Source: a virus (taxonomy: Duplodnaviria; Heunggongvirae; Uroviricota; Caudoviricetes). Taken from it: a stretch of DNA of 31,123 nucleotides. How positions within the stretch are numbered: position 1 is the stretch's first letter; every line of letters begins with the position of its first letter. The notes under the pieces are model-generated. The model was not told the origin of the DNA. It did not search any database and saw nothing but the letters and a program-made list of their open reading frames with translations. Location of the stretch: the IMG/VR virus record IMGVR_UViG_2671181040_000014; one strand, 5' to 3'. Both the position numbers and the translations under genes were made by a program. Of the stretch, positions 16,077-25,572 are shown piece by piece.

Positions 16077-17282
16077 ATGGCGGTTGATATTAAAGATGTC
16101 GAACAGGTCGCGCAGGAGCTGCAGCAGAAGTTTGACGACTTCAAAGCAAAGAACGACAAGCGCGTGGATGCGATTGAGCAGGAAAAAGGCAAGCTTGCCG
16201 GGCAGGTGGAAACCCTGAACGGGAAACTCAGCGAGCTGGAAAATCTCAAAAGCGACCTTGAAAAAGAGCTGCTTGAGCTGAAACGTCCGGCTGGTGGAGC
16301 GCAAAATAAACTGACCACCGAGCATAAAGAAGCGTTTGTGGGCTTCCTGCGTAAAGGCCGTGAAGATGGTCTGCGCGATCTGGAGCGCAAGGCATTACAG
16401 GTGGGCACCGATGAAGACGGCGGCTATGCCGTGCCGGAAGCGCTGGATCGCAACATTCTGACCTTGCTGAAAGATGAAGTGGTGATGCGTCAGGAAGCCA
16501 CGGTGATCACCATTGGTGGTTCCGACTACAAAAAACTGGTGAATCTGGGCGGCACGGCTTCCGGATGGGTTGGCGAGACTGACGCGCGCTCCCAGACTGC
16601 CACCTCAAAACTGGGCCTGATTGAACCTTTCATGGGGGAAATCTACGGTAACCCGCAGGCCACCCAGAAAATGCTGGATGATGCCTTTTTCAACGTGGAA
16701 GCATGGATCAACAGCGAGCTGGCAACCGAATTTGCCGAACAGGAAGAAATTGCCTTTACCTCAGGCGATGGCACCAAGAAGCCGAAAGGGTTCCTGGCGT
16801 ATGAATCCACTGATGAAACCGATAAGGTCCGGGCGTTCGGCAAACTTCAGCATATTGTATCCGGCGAAGCGACTGCGGTGACCGCAGACGCCATTATCAA
16901 ACTGATTTACACGCTGCGTAAGGCACACCGCACTGGCGCGAAGTTCATGATGAACAACAACAGCCTGTTTGCCATTCGTCTGTTGAAAGACAACGAGGGT
17001 AACTATCTGTGGCGTCCGGGGCTGGAACTGGGGCAGCCTTCTTCTCTGCTGGGGTACGGTATTGCTGAAAACGAACAGATGCCGGATATTGCTGCGGATG
17101 CGAAAGCCATCGCATTTGGTAACTTCAAACGGGGTTACACCATCGTTGACCGTATCGGCACCCGCATTCTGCGTGACCCGTACACCAATAAACCGTTTGT
17201 CGGTTTTTATACCACCAAGCGCACCGGCGGAATGCTGGTCGATTCGCAGGCCATCAAACTGCTGAAGATTGCAGAGAAGTAA
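16077..17282 (+). CDS. major capsid protein (HK97 fold)
   Basis: 401 aa with AGGAG RBS. N-terminal coiled-coil delta-like region (EQVAQELQQKFDDFKAKNDKR...) followed by a capsid-type domain. Confidence 0.85.
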   Translation: MAVDIKDVEQVAQELQQKFDDFKAKNDKRVDAIEQEKGKLAGQVETLNGKLSELENLKSDLEKELLELKRPAGGAQNKLTTEHKEAFVGFLRKGREDGLRDLERKALQVGTDEDGGYAVPEALDRNILTLLKDEVVMRQEATVITIGGSDYKKLVNLGGTASGWVGETDARSQTATSKLGLIEPFMGEIYGNPQATQKMLDDAFFNVEAWINSELATEFAEQEEIAFTSGDGTKKPKGFLAYESTDETDKVRAFGKLQHIVSGEATAVTADAIIKLIYTLRKAHRTGAKFMMNNNSLFAIRLLKDNEGNYLWRPGLELGQPSSLLGYGIAENEQMPDIAADAKAIAFGNFKRGYTIVDRIGTRILRDPYTNKPFVGFYTTKRTGGMLVDSQAIKLLKIAEK

Positions 17283-17331
17283 TCGCTCATGGGCGCGGTT
17301 CCGCGCCCCCTGTTCTGAAGGGTGAAGAATC

Positions 17332-17559
17332 ATGATCCTGAAACAAGATCTTAAATGGTCACCGGACGGTATGCGTGTTGAGGTTATTAGGGCCGGTGAG
17401 TATGACGACGGGGCGCTTCCTGCCCGGGTGCAGGAGATTGCACTTCAGGCCGGGTTAGCAGAGCGCGGAACCAGTGCAAAAAGCAGTAAAGCGGCAAAAG
17501 AGAAAAAGCCACGGCCAGTAAAGAGGGATGAGAATGCTTCTGACACTGGAAGAGATTAA
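17332..17559 (+). CDS. small lysine-rich hypothetical protein (75 aa)
   Basis: ORF between capsid and connector genes in the same orientation; weak RBS; overlaps the next gene by 26 nt. Confidence 0.3.
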   Translation: MILKQDLKWSPDGMRVEVIRAGEYDDGALPARVQEIALQAGLAERGTSAKSSKAAKEKKPRPVKRDENASDTGRD

Positions 17560-17857
17560 AGCCCAACTCCGGCTGGATGAGGATTTCGATGCCGATGACC
17601 GCCATCTGCAACTGCTGGCCTGTGCGGCGCAAAAGCGGACGGAAACGTATCTGAACCGGAAGCTCTATGCACCGGATGAATCCATTCCGGACAGCGATCC
17701 GGACGGGCTGCACCTGCCGGATGATATTCGTCTTGGGATGCTGATGCTTATCAGCCACTTTTACGAAAACCGCTCGTCGGTTACGGAAGTGGAGAAACTC
17801 GACATGCCGCAGAGTTTTGGCTGGCTTGTCAGCCCGTACAGGTACTTTCCGCAATGA
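17534..17857 (+). CDS. head-tail connector protein (gp6-like)
   Basis: Starts MLLTLEEIKAQLRLDEDFD with AAGAGGG RBS; about 108 aa; placed just after the capsid gene. Confidence 0.65.
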   Translation: MLLTLEEIKAQLRLDEDFDADDRHLQLLACAAQKRTETYLNRKLYAPDESIPDSDPDGLHLPDDIRLGMLMLISHFYENRSSVTEVEKLDMPQSFGWLVSPYRYFPQ

Positions 17858-18264
17858 AAATTAGCCAGGCACAGACCAGCGCAACCTACATTCTGCCGGA
17901 CCCCGGTGAACTGAATAAACGCGTCCTGATCCGCCAGCGGGTGGATATGCCCGCAGATAACTTTGGCGTGGAGCCTCAATACCCGGTTGCGTTCAGTACA
18001 TGGGCGAAGGTTATCCAGACCAGTGCCACCACCTGGCAGGAAACCGCGCAGACCGGAGACGCCATCACCCATTACATCACCATTCGTTACCGCCGGGGGA
18101 TCACTGCTGATTATGAGGTGGTCTGCGGTGACAGTGTGTACCGGGTGAAACGTCAGCGCGATCTGAACGGAGCGCGGCGCTTTCTGCTGCTGGAGTGTAC
18201 GGAGCTGGGCGAATGTAGGCAGAGTCACGGAGGCAGCAATGGCGACTTCCTTTTTGCACGTTGA
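17854..18264 (+). CDS. head-tail adaptor / head closure protein
   Basis: 136-aa ORF whose start overlaps the previous stop (ATGA); position between connector and tail-component genes. Confidence 0.5.
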   Translation: MKISQAQTSATYILPDPGELNKRVLIRQRVDMPADNFGVEPQYPVAFSTWAKVIQTSATTWQETAQTGDAITHYITIRYRRGITADYEVVCGDSVYRVKRQRDLNGARRFLLLECTELGECRQSHGGSNGDFLFAR

Positions 18265-18745
18265 TTTTCAGCAGCCCACGGAGATGCGCTTTAACCGCGC
18301 CCGTGTCCGGCGGGCGTTTGTCACGATTGGTCAGCGTCATATGCGTGATGCCCGTCGGCTGGTGATGCGCCGTGCGCGGTCGGCACCGGGTGAAAACCCC
18401 GGTTATCAGACCGGACGCCTGGCTCGTTCGATTGGTTACATGGTACCCAGAGCCAGTAAACATCGCCCTGGTTTTATGGCACGTATAGCCCCTAACCAGC
18501 GTAATGGAGAGGGAAACCGCCGTATCACTGGTGATTTTTATCCGGCTTTTTTGTTCTATGGAGTGAGGCGAGGGGCAAAGCGTCGTCGCAGCCATCATCG
18601 TGGTGCATCCGGTGGCAGCGGCTGGCGACTGGCTCCACGTAATAACTTCATGATGGAAACGCTTGAAAAGAACCGCAGCTGGACACGCTATTTTCTGGCG
18701 CGGGAATTGCGTAAATCACTGAAGCCGGAGCGACGACACAGATGA
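18239..18745 (+). CDS. tail component protein (HK97 gp10-like)
   Basis: 168-aa basic protein, translationally coupled to its neighbours. Confidence 0.5.
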   Translation: MATSFLHVDFQQPTEMRFNRARVRRAFVTIGQRHMRDARRLVMRRARSAPGENPGYQTGRLARSIGYMVPRASKHRPGFMARIAPNQRNGEGNRRITGDFYPAFLFYGVRRGAKRRRSHHRGASGGSGWRLAPRNNFMMETLEKNRSWTRYFLARELRKSLKPERRHR

Positions 18746-19302
18746 AACTGACGCCTGTTATTGCTGCACTGCGTGCCCGCTGTCCGTATTTTGAAAACCG
18801 GGTTGCAGGTGCGGCCCAGTTCAAAAATCTGCCGGAGGTCGGAAAGCTGAAACTCCCGGCGGCATATGTTGTACCGGGTGATGATTCTCCGGGAGAAAAC
18901 AAAAGCCAGACCGACTACTGGCAGGCGCTGAAAGAGGGTTTCTCCGTGATTGTCATACTGAGTAACGGGCGTGATGAGCGCGGTCAGTTTGCCTCGTATG
19001 ATGTGGTGGACGATGTCCGGCAGATGCTCTTTAAGGCTCTGCTGGGCTGGAACCCGGAGGCGTGCGGTAACCCGATTACCTATGACGGCGGCACGCTGCT
19101 GGATCTGAATCGTCATGAGCTGATTTATCAGTTCGATTTTTCGGTCATCAGCGAGCTGACTGAAGACGATACCCGCCAGCAGGATGATCTGAACAGTCTG
19201 GATGAACTGCAAACGCTGGCGATTGATGTTGATTATCTCGATCCCGGTAACGGGCCTGACGGCGATATCGAACATCACACAGAAATAACCATTCCTTCCT
19301 GA
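18742..19302 (+). CDS. tail completion or tail terminator-like protein
   Basis: 186-aa ORF with ATGA overlap to the previous gene, upstream of the sheath; function assigned by position only. Confidence 0.4.
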   Translation: MKLTPVIAALRARCPYFENRVAGAAQFKNLPEVGKLKLPAAYVVPGDDSPGENKSQTDYWQALKEGFSVIVILSNGRDERGQFASYDVVDDVRQMLFKALLGWNPEACGNPITYDGGTLLDLNRHELIYQFDFSVISELTEDDTRQQDDLNSLDELQTLAIDVDYLDPGNGPDGDIEHHTEITIPS

Positions 19303-19310
19303 GGATCCTC

Positions 19311-19481
19311 ATGTTTGTGAAACCTGTTAAAGGGCGGTCAGTGCCTGACCCTGCCCGCAGCGACCTTTTGCCCGCCGAAGGGCGAAATGTTGACGAGAAC
19401 AACTACTGGCTGCGCCGTGAAGCAGCTGGTGATATCCGGCGCGTGAATAAAAAGGTGAACACCGATGACGATAAGCTTTAA
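19311..19481 (+). CDS. small hypothetical protein (56 aa) upstream of and overlapping the sheath gene
   Basis: ATG at 19311 with GAGGA RBS; read through by hand; below the 60-aa cut-off of the ORF track. Confidence 0.3.
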   Translation: MFVKPVKGRSVPDPARSDLLPAEGRNVDENNYWLRREAAGDIRRVNKKVNTDDDKL

Positions 19482-20961
19482 CACCATTCCGTCGAATACG
19501 CTGGTTCCGCTGTTTTATGCGGAAATGGATAACCAGGCGGCGAATACTGCACAGGACAGCGGAGCATCGCTGCTGATTGGTCATGCCAGTAACGGTGCAG
19601 AGATTGTTGCCAACAGTCTGGTGCTGATGCCGTCGGCAGACTATGCACGCCAGATTTGTGGTGCGGGAAGTCAGCTGGCGCGTATGGTCGAGGCTTATCG
19701 CCAGACCGACCCGTTTGGTGAGCTGTATGTGATTGCCGTTCCGGAAGCCACAGGCGCGGCGGCAACGGTTACGCTGACGGTGACCGGGGAAGCAACCGAA
19801 AGCGGCACGGTGAATGTCTATGTGGGACGTACCCGCGTGCAGGCTCCGGTGACCAACGGCGATAACGTCACGACGATTGCCAGCAGTATCAAAGATGCCA
19901 TCAATGCCGTTCCGGCCCTGCCGTTTACGGCTTCATCTTCGGCAGGTGTGGTCACACTGACCGCGCGTCATAAGGGGCTTTGCGGGAATGAAATTCCTGT
20001 CAGCCTCAATTACTACGGCTTTGGTGGGGGCGAAGTGCTGCCAGCGGGCGTACAGATTGCCGTGGCGACGGGTACCGCCGGAACGGGTGCTCCGGTTCTC
20101 ACCGGCGCGGTGGCTGCAATGGCGGATGAGCCGTTTGATTATATCGGCCTGCCGTTCAACGACACGGCCTCCGTTAACACGCTGGTGACCGAGATGAACG
20201 ATACCAGCGGTCGCTGGAGCTATGCGCGTCAGCTGTATGGTCATGTGTATACGGCAAAGATCGGCACGCTGTCAGAACTGGTGACCGCAGGTGACCAGTT
20301 TAACCAGCAGCACATTACCCTGGCGGGGTACGAAAAAGAGACCCAGACGCCTGCCGACGAACTGGCGGCAAGCCGTACCGCCCGCGCAGCGGTGTTTATT
20401 CGCAACGATCCGGCACGTCCCACGCAGACCGGTGAGCTGGTGGGTATGCTGCCTGCGCCGAAGGGGAAACGGTTCACGATGACCGAACAACAGACCCTGC
20501 TGTCTCATGGCGTGGCAACGGCGTATGTCGAAAGCGGGGTACTGCGCATTCAGCGTGATGTCACCACGTACAGGAAAAACGCTTACGGGGTTGCGGATAA
20601 CAGCTACCTCGACAGTGAGACACTGCATACCAGCGCGTATGTACTGCGCAAACTGAAATCCGTCATTACCAGTAAGTACGGGCGTCACAAGCTTGCCAGT
20701 GACGGTACCCGCTTTGGTCCCGGTCAGGCGATTGTCACCCCGGCGGTGATCAAAGGGGAACTGCTGGCAACCTACCGTCAGCTTGAGCGTGCGGGGATCG
20801 TGGAAAACTACGAACTGTTTAAGCAGTACCTGGTTGTGGAGCGTGATGCCAGCGATCCGAACCGCCTGAACACGCTGTTCCCGCCTGACTATGTTAACCA
20901 GTTGCGTGTCTTTGCCGTGGTTAACCAGTTCCGTCTTCAGTATTCAGAGGAGTCTGCATAA
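19465..20961 (+). CDS. contractile tail sheath protein (Mu gpL-like)
   Basis: 498-aa ORF immediately upstream of the tube gene; N-terminus MTISFNTIPSNTLVPLFYAEMDN typical of Mu-type sheath proteins. Confidence 0.85.
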   Translation: MTISFNTIPSNTLVPLFYAEMDNQAANTAQDSGASLLIGHASNGAEIVANSLVLMPSADYARQICGAGSQLARMVEAYRQTDPFGELYVIAVPEATGAAATVTLTVTGEATESGTVNVYVGRTRVQAPVTNGDNVTTIASSIKDAINAVPALPFTASSSAGVVTLTARHKGLCGNEIPVSLNYYGFGGGEVLPAGVQIAVATGTAGTGAPVLTGAVAAMADEPFDYIGLPFNDTASVNTLVTEMNDTSGRWSYARQLYGHVYTAKIGTLSELVTAGDQFNQQHITLAGYEKETQTPADELAASRTARAAVFIRNDPARPTQTGELVGMLPAPKGKRFTMTEQQTLLSHGVATAYVESGVLRIQRDVTTYRKNAYGVADNSYLDSETLHTSAYVLRKLKSVITSKYGRHKLASDGTRFGPGQAIVTPAVIKGELLATYRQLERAGIVENYELFKQYLVVERDASDPNRLNTLFPPDYVNQLRVFAVVNQFRLQYSEESA

Positions 20962-21317
20962 TGGCCCGTATCGGGGGAACCTGTTATTTCAAAATTGACG
21001 GTCAGCAGCTATCGCTGACCGGCGGCATTGAGGTGCCCATGAACAGGACGGTCAATGATGACATCATCGGCCTGGACGGTTCAGTGGACCGCAAGGAAAC
21101 TCACCGTGCGCCCTATGTCAAAGGGACCTTCAAGGTGCCGAAGAATTTTCCGGTGAGCAAAATCACCTCGTCTGATGAGATGACCATCACTGCCGAGCTG
21201 GCGAACGGTCAGGTCTATGTACTGTCGTCTGCCTGGCTGCACGGCGAAGCGAACCATAATGCCGAAGAAGGCACGGTTGATCTTGAGTTCCACGGTGAAG
21301 AAGGGGATTACCAGTAA
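20961..21317 (+). CDS. tail tube protein (Mu gpM-like)
   Basis: 118-aa ORF between sheath and chaperone; ATGA overlap with the sheath stop. Confidence 0.75.
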   Translation: MARIGGTCYFKIDGQQLSLTGGIEVPMNRTVNDDIIGLDGSVDRKETHRAPYVKGTFKVPKNFPVSKITSSDEMTITAELANGQVYVLSSAWLHGEANHNAEEGTVDLEFHGEEGDYQ

Positions 21318-21586
21318 TGAAAGAGCTTGAGTTAAAGAAACCGATTACTGCTCATGGCGAGACACTCTCCGTACTTGAGTTTGATGAGCCCACCGGGAAA
21401 GATGTCCGCGAGCTGGGGTATCCCTACCAGATGAATCAGGATGAGTCAGTCAGACTTCTGGCGCATGTGGTATCGAAATACATTGTGCGGCTGGCGAAAG
21501 TGCCGCAAAACTCTGTCGACCAGATGTCTCCGGCAGACCTGAATGCAGCGGCGTGGCTTGTGGCCGGTTTTTTCCTCCAGGCCTGA
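21317..21586 (+). CDS. tail assembly chaperone, short form
   Basis: 89-aa ORF between tube and tape measure, ending just after a T_TTT_TTC heptamer. Confidence 0.6.
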   Translation: MKELELKKPITAHGETLSVLEFDEPTGKDVRELGYPYQMNQDESVRLLAHVVSKYIVRLAKVPQNSVDQMSPADLNAAAWLVAGFFLQA

Positions 21587-21735
21587 CGGCTGAATACCTC
21601 ACTGATCGCTTCTTTGACTGCGCCAGTTACTGGCGCATTAATCCTTTCGAATTGCTGAATATGCCGATCAGTGAAATTCCCTTGCTGGTCAGTCAGGCAA
21701 ACAGGATAGAGCAGGAGAAACGCACACATGGCTGA
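21317..21735 (+). CDS. tail assembly chaperone, predicted -1 frameshift extended form
   Basis: A -1 slip at T_TTT_TTC (21568-21574) joins the 21317 frame to the open frame that ends at 21735, overlapping the tape-measure start. Confidence 0.5.
21568..21574 (+). other. slippery heptamer T_TTT_TTC for programmed -1 ribosomal frameshifting
   Basis: Canonical X_XXY_YYZ heptamer, in register with the zero frame, five codons before the chaperone stop. Confidence 0.55.
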
Positions 21736-23560
21736 ATTTGAGCTTAAGGCGTTGATCACCGGTGTCGACAGACTTTCTCCCGCGCTGTCGAAAATGCAAA
21801 AGAAAATCCGGGGATTTAAACGCCAGGCGGAAGAAGCATCACAGGGTGGGCTGGCGCTTGGTGGCGGACTGGCAGCGGGTCTGACGCTTTCCCTGAAATC
21901 TTATGCCGATCAGGAAAACGCCGCCACCGGGCTGAAAGTCGCCATGATGGATGCGAACGGCGAGGTCGGAAAGAGCTTTCAGGACATCAATAAACTGGCT
22001 ATTGGCCTGGGTAACCAGCTACCCGGTACAACGGCTGATTTCCAGAACATGATGCAGATGCTGGTGCGTCAGGGGATCCCGGCAGAAAATATTCTTGGCG
22101 GTGTGGGTAAAGCGACAGCTTATCTTGCGGTACAACTGAAAAAAACACCGGAAGCGGCTGCTGAGTTTGCTGCAAAGATGCAGGATGCTACCGGAACGGC
22201 GTCAGAAGACATGATGGGGCTGTTCGACACTATCCAGAAGGCGTTTTATCTGGGCGTTGACGATACCAACATGTTGTCCTTCTTCACTAAAACCAGTTCT
22301 GTTCTGAAGATGGTGAACAAGGACGGTCTTCAGGCTGCACAGAGCCTTGCCCCCATCAGCGTCATGATGGATCAGATGGGGATGAACGGGGAGTCGGCAG
22401 GTAATGCCCTGCGAAAAGTTATCCAGTCCGGATTAAGCGTTAAGAAAATCAGGGACGTTAATAAAGTTATGGCCCGCCAGAAACTCGGGGTACAGCTCGA
22501 TTTTACTGACGGCAAAGGGAGTTTTGGCGGTCTTGATAACATGTTCAGGCAACTGGCAAAGCTGCGAAAACTGACCGACGTTAAGCGAACCGGTGTACTT
22601 AAGGCAATATTTGGTGATGATGCCGAAACCCTTCAGGTGGTCAATGCTCTGATCGATAAAGGAAAGGATGGTTACGATCAGATCCAGCAGAAGATGAATA
22701 AACAGGCCAGCCTGAATAAACGTGTTCAGGCCCAGCTTGGTACGCTGTCCAACCTGTGGGAGGCAATGACGGGGACCGCAACTAACGGCCTTGCGGCTAT
22801 TGGCGGCGCATTTTCTGGTGACGTCAAAAATATCACGCAATGGCTGGGGGAGTTAGGGGAAAAATTCACGAAGTTTGCGGATGAAAATCCCCGGGTTATT
22901 CGCGGCGTCGTCGGGCTTGCTGCCGGTCTTGCGATTCTGAAACTGGGATTGATGGGCGTGGGCAGTGCCATCAGTATCGTCAGCAGGATCATGTCGATGA
23001 CGCCGATTGGCATGATTGCGACGGCGATAGCCCTGGCTGCGGGATTAATTATCACTAACTGGGATGTTGTCGGACCTTATTTTAAGAAGCTCTGGGAAAC
23101 CATTAGTCCTTATTTTGAGGCTGGCTGGGAACTTCTGAAGAAGGTTTTTGCCTGGTCGCCGCTGGGGATGGTGATCAATAACTGGGGACCGGTTGTTAAG
23201 TGGTTTCAGGATATGTGGGATAAGCTGAAGCCGATTATTGAATGGTTTACCGACAGTTCCGGTGACACGGTCGATGCCATTAACTCGGCGCAGTGGGGCG
23301 CGGGTGCTTATGATGCTTATGGGACGGGAATACCGCCACGGGGATACACTCCTTATCCGGAGGTGGATCCGGCTCAGGCAAACAACGCCTCCGGTGCCAC
23401 AGGTCCGAATCCCTTCATGATTAATAAAGCTACCGCGCCAAAAGTTGATGGTGAGATCAAGGTATCATTTATAAATATGCCACCAGGTATGCGGGTTACG
23501 GAAACACGCTCCAGTGGCATTGATATAAATCACGATGTTGGCTATACCCGATTTTGGTAG
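21728..23560 (+). CDS. tail tape measure protein
   Basis: 610 aa; long Ala/Gly/Leu-rich helical and hydrophobic stretches; follows the frameshifted chaperone. Confidence 0.85.
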   Translation: MAEFELKALITGVDRLSPALSKMQKKIRGFKRQAEEASQGGLALGGGLAAGLTLSLKSYADQENAATGLKVAMMDANGEVGKSFQDINKLAIGLGNQLPGTTADFQNMMQMLVRQGIPAENILGGVGKATAYLAVQLKKTPEAAAEFAAKMQDATGTASEDMMGLFDTIQKAFYLGVDDTNMLSFFTKTSSVLKMVNKDGLQAAQSLAPISVMMDQMGMNGESAGNALRKVIQSGLSVKKIRDVNKVMARQKLGVQLDFTDGKGSFGGLDNMFRQLAKLRKLTDVKRTGVLKAIFGDDAETLQVVNALIDKGKDGYDQIQQKMNKQASLNKRVQAQLGTLSNLWEAMTGTATNGLAAIGGAFSGDVKNITQWLGELGEKFTKFADENPRVIRGVVGLAAGLAILKLGLMGVGSAISIVSRIMSMTPIGMIATAIALAAGLIITNWDVVGPYFKKLWETISPYFEAGWELLKKVFAWSPLGMVINNWGPVVKWFQDMWDKLKPIIEWFTDSSGDTVDAINSAQWGAGAYDAYGTGIPPRGYTPYPEVDPAQANNASGATGPNPFMINKATAPKVDGEIKVSFINMPPGMRVTETRSSGIDINHDVGYTRFW

Positions 23561-23651
23561 CCAGGATTCCCCTCACAGGTATTGCTGGTTGTAAGTCATA
23601 AATAGAGTGATAGAATTAATGCACATTTAGAAAAATGTTAATAGGCGAAAA

Positions 23652-24182
23652 ATGAAAGGCTATATCACAGCAAGTGTAATTCTTGGAGCAGCGGCTATTT
23701 TTTCATCTCTCATAATCTCTGGCAACATCTCCTTTAAAGATGAACATATTATTCAGTTATCTGGAGGAGCCATAAAACTTGGTGATGTTTATAAAGAAAA
23801 TAAATTGATAAGTGCAAAGATTATTTTTCCAGATAATCAGGGTGAACAGATTCTTGTTGTCGACGGCAATCCTGAAAACTTTAAGGAGGATTTTCAGGAG
23901 AAATTAAATAAAGTAATAAAAACTTTAAATGCGTCAAAGAAAAAAGATGAAGAGAAAGTTAGCCTGGATAATTTAAGTGTTATTGAAGAGTCTAAACTAG
24001 AGCTCGTTTCTGCGGTGCGTTACTCTGCTCAGTATGTTCCTATGTTTACTCTGACGCTGGACAAAAAAGAAATTACCATGCCTAAAAATACGGTAATATT
24101 TCCATTTGCCAGCGATGAAACAGCTAAGTATTTAAATGAACAACAGCAAAAGTATAAAGATTCGTTGTTTCTGACTCGCTAA
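23652..24182 (+). CDS. hypothetical membrane-anchored or secreted protein (176 aa); moron inside the tail module
   Basis: AT-rich ORF with hydrophobic N-terminus MKGYITASVILGAAAIFSSLIISG and a Lys/Glu-rich body; followed by its own terminator. Confidence 0.55.
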   Translation: MKGYITASVILGAAAIFSSLIISGNISFKDEHIIQLSGGAIKLGDVYKENKLISAKIIFPDNQGEQILVVDGNPENFKEDFQEKLNKVIKTLNASKKKDEEKVSLDNLSVIEESKLELVSAVRYSAQYVPMFTLTLDKKEITMPKNTVIFPFASDETAKYLNEQQQKYKDSLFLTR

Positions 24183-24202
24183 TTAATAAAATTCATTACA
24201 AG

Positions 24203-24227
24203 GCCACCTTCTAATAGGTGGCTTTTT
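24203..24227 (+). terminator. rho-independent terminator after the tail-module moron
   Basis: Stem GCCACCT / AGGTGGC with loop TCTAAT, followed by TTTTT. Confidence 0.65.
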
Positions 24228-24243
24228 AATTTTCGGAGTATAT

Positions 24244-25572
24244 ATGACGTGGAAAGACAGGCTTCAGGACGCGTCATTTCGCGGCGTGCCGTTTAAGGTT
24301 GAAGAAGAAAGTGCGGGAACCGGTCGCCGTGTGGAAACACATGAATACCCGAACCGCGACAAACCCTATACCGAAGACCTGGGGAAAATCACTTTTCGCC
24401 CGTCCATCACGGCTTATGTGGTGGGAGATGACTGCTTTGACCAGCGCGATCGCCTGATTGAAGCGCTGAATAAACCAGGTCCCGGCACGCTTGTCCACCC
24501 GACATATGGTGAGCTGAAAGTCTGTGTTGACGGGGAAGTTCGGGTCAGCACATCGAAAAGTGAAGGGCGTATTGTCCGCTTTGACCTGAAGTTTGTCGAA
24601 GCAGGAGAACTCTCTTACCCCACATCAGGTGCGGCGACGGCGCAGACGCTGATGTCATCCTGTTCTGCACTGGATGACTGCATCAGTGACAGCTTCAGCG
24701 GTTTCAGTATCGATGGTGTGGCGGATTTCGTGCAGAACGACGTTATCGGTAATGCCAGCATAATGCTGGGGTATGTTTCTGATGCGATGAAAGTGGTGGA
24801 TTCTGCCGTATCGGATGCCGCCAGGCTGTTGCAGGGGGATATCTCGGTACTTCTGCCGCCGCCATCGTCAGGCAAAAATTTCGTTGAACAGGTGCAGAAA
24901 ATGTGGCGTACCGGGAAACGCCTTTATGGTAACGCCAGCGACCTGGTCACCATGATCAAAACGCTTTCTGGTGTCAGCCTCGGCAGCGATTTGCAACCGC
25001 GCGGCGTCTGGAAAACGGACAGTAAAACCACCGCCACAGCGACGCAGCAGCGTAACATGGTTGCCAGCACCCTTCGTACGACTGCAATCAGCGAAGCGGC
25101 GTATGCCGTTACCCGATTGCCTGCGCCAACAACTTCTGCGGTGATGCAGAATGCCGCAGTGGGGCAGTCAACAACACCCGCGCAGAGCTCCGGCTGGCCT
25201 GCCGTCACGCATCCGGTGCTGAACAATGCACCGGCGGTAAAAAACACGGTTGACCTGCCAACGTGGGAAGAACTGACCGACATTCGCGACACACTGAATA
25301 CGGCAACTGATAAGGAGTTGTCCCGTACAACCAGTGATGCGCTGTTTCTGGCGCTGCGCCGGGTGAAAGCAGATCTGAATGCGGATATCAACACGCGCCT
25401 TGAACAGTCTGCACGGATCATTCAGCGCACGCCGGATGAGGTTTTACCCGCGCTGGTGCTGGCGGCGACCTGGTTTGATAACGCGGCGCGTGACGCGGAC
25501 ATTATCCGGCGTAATGCCATTACGCATCCCGGCTTTGTGCCGGTGATCCCTCTGAAGGTGCCAGTGCAATGA
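24244..25572 (+). CDS. DNA circulation protein (Mu gp43/N-like)
   Basis: 442 aa; N-terminus MTWKDRLQDASFRGVPFKVEEES...THEYPNRD typical of Mu N-like proteins; follows the tape measure. Confidence 0.75.
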   Translation: MTWKDRLQDASFRGVPFKVEEESAGTGRRVETHEYPNRDKPYTEDLGKITFRPSITAYVVGDDCFDQRDRLIEALNKPGPGTLVHPTYGELKVCVDGEVRVSTSKSEGRIVRFDLKFVEAGELSYPTSGAATAQTLMSSCSALDDCISDSFSGFSIDGVADFVQNDVIGNASIMLGYVSDAMKVVDSAVSDAARLLQGDISVLLPPPSSGKNFVEQVQKMWRTGKRLYGNASDLVTMIKTLSGVSLGSDLQPRGVWKTDSKTTATATQQRNMVASTLRTTAISEAAYAVTRLPAPTTSAVMQNAAVGQSTTPAQSSGWPAVTHPVLNNAPAVKNTVDLPTWEELTDIRDTLNTATDKELSRTTSDALFLALRRVKADLNADINTRLEQSARIIQRTPDEVLPALVLAATWFDNAARDADIIRRNAITHPGFVPVIPLKVPVQ

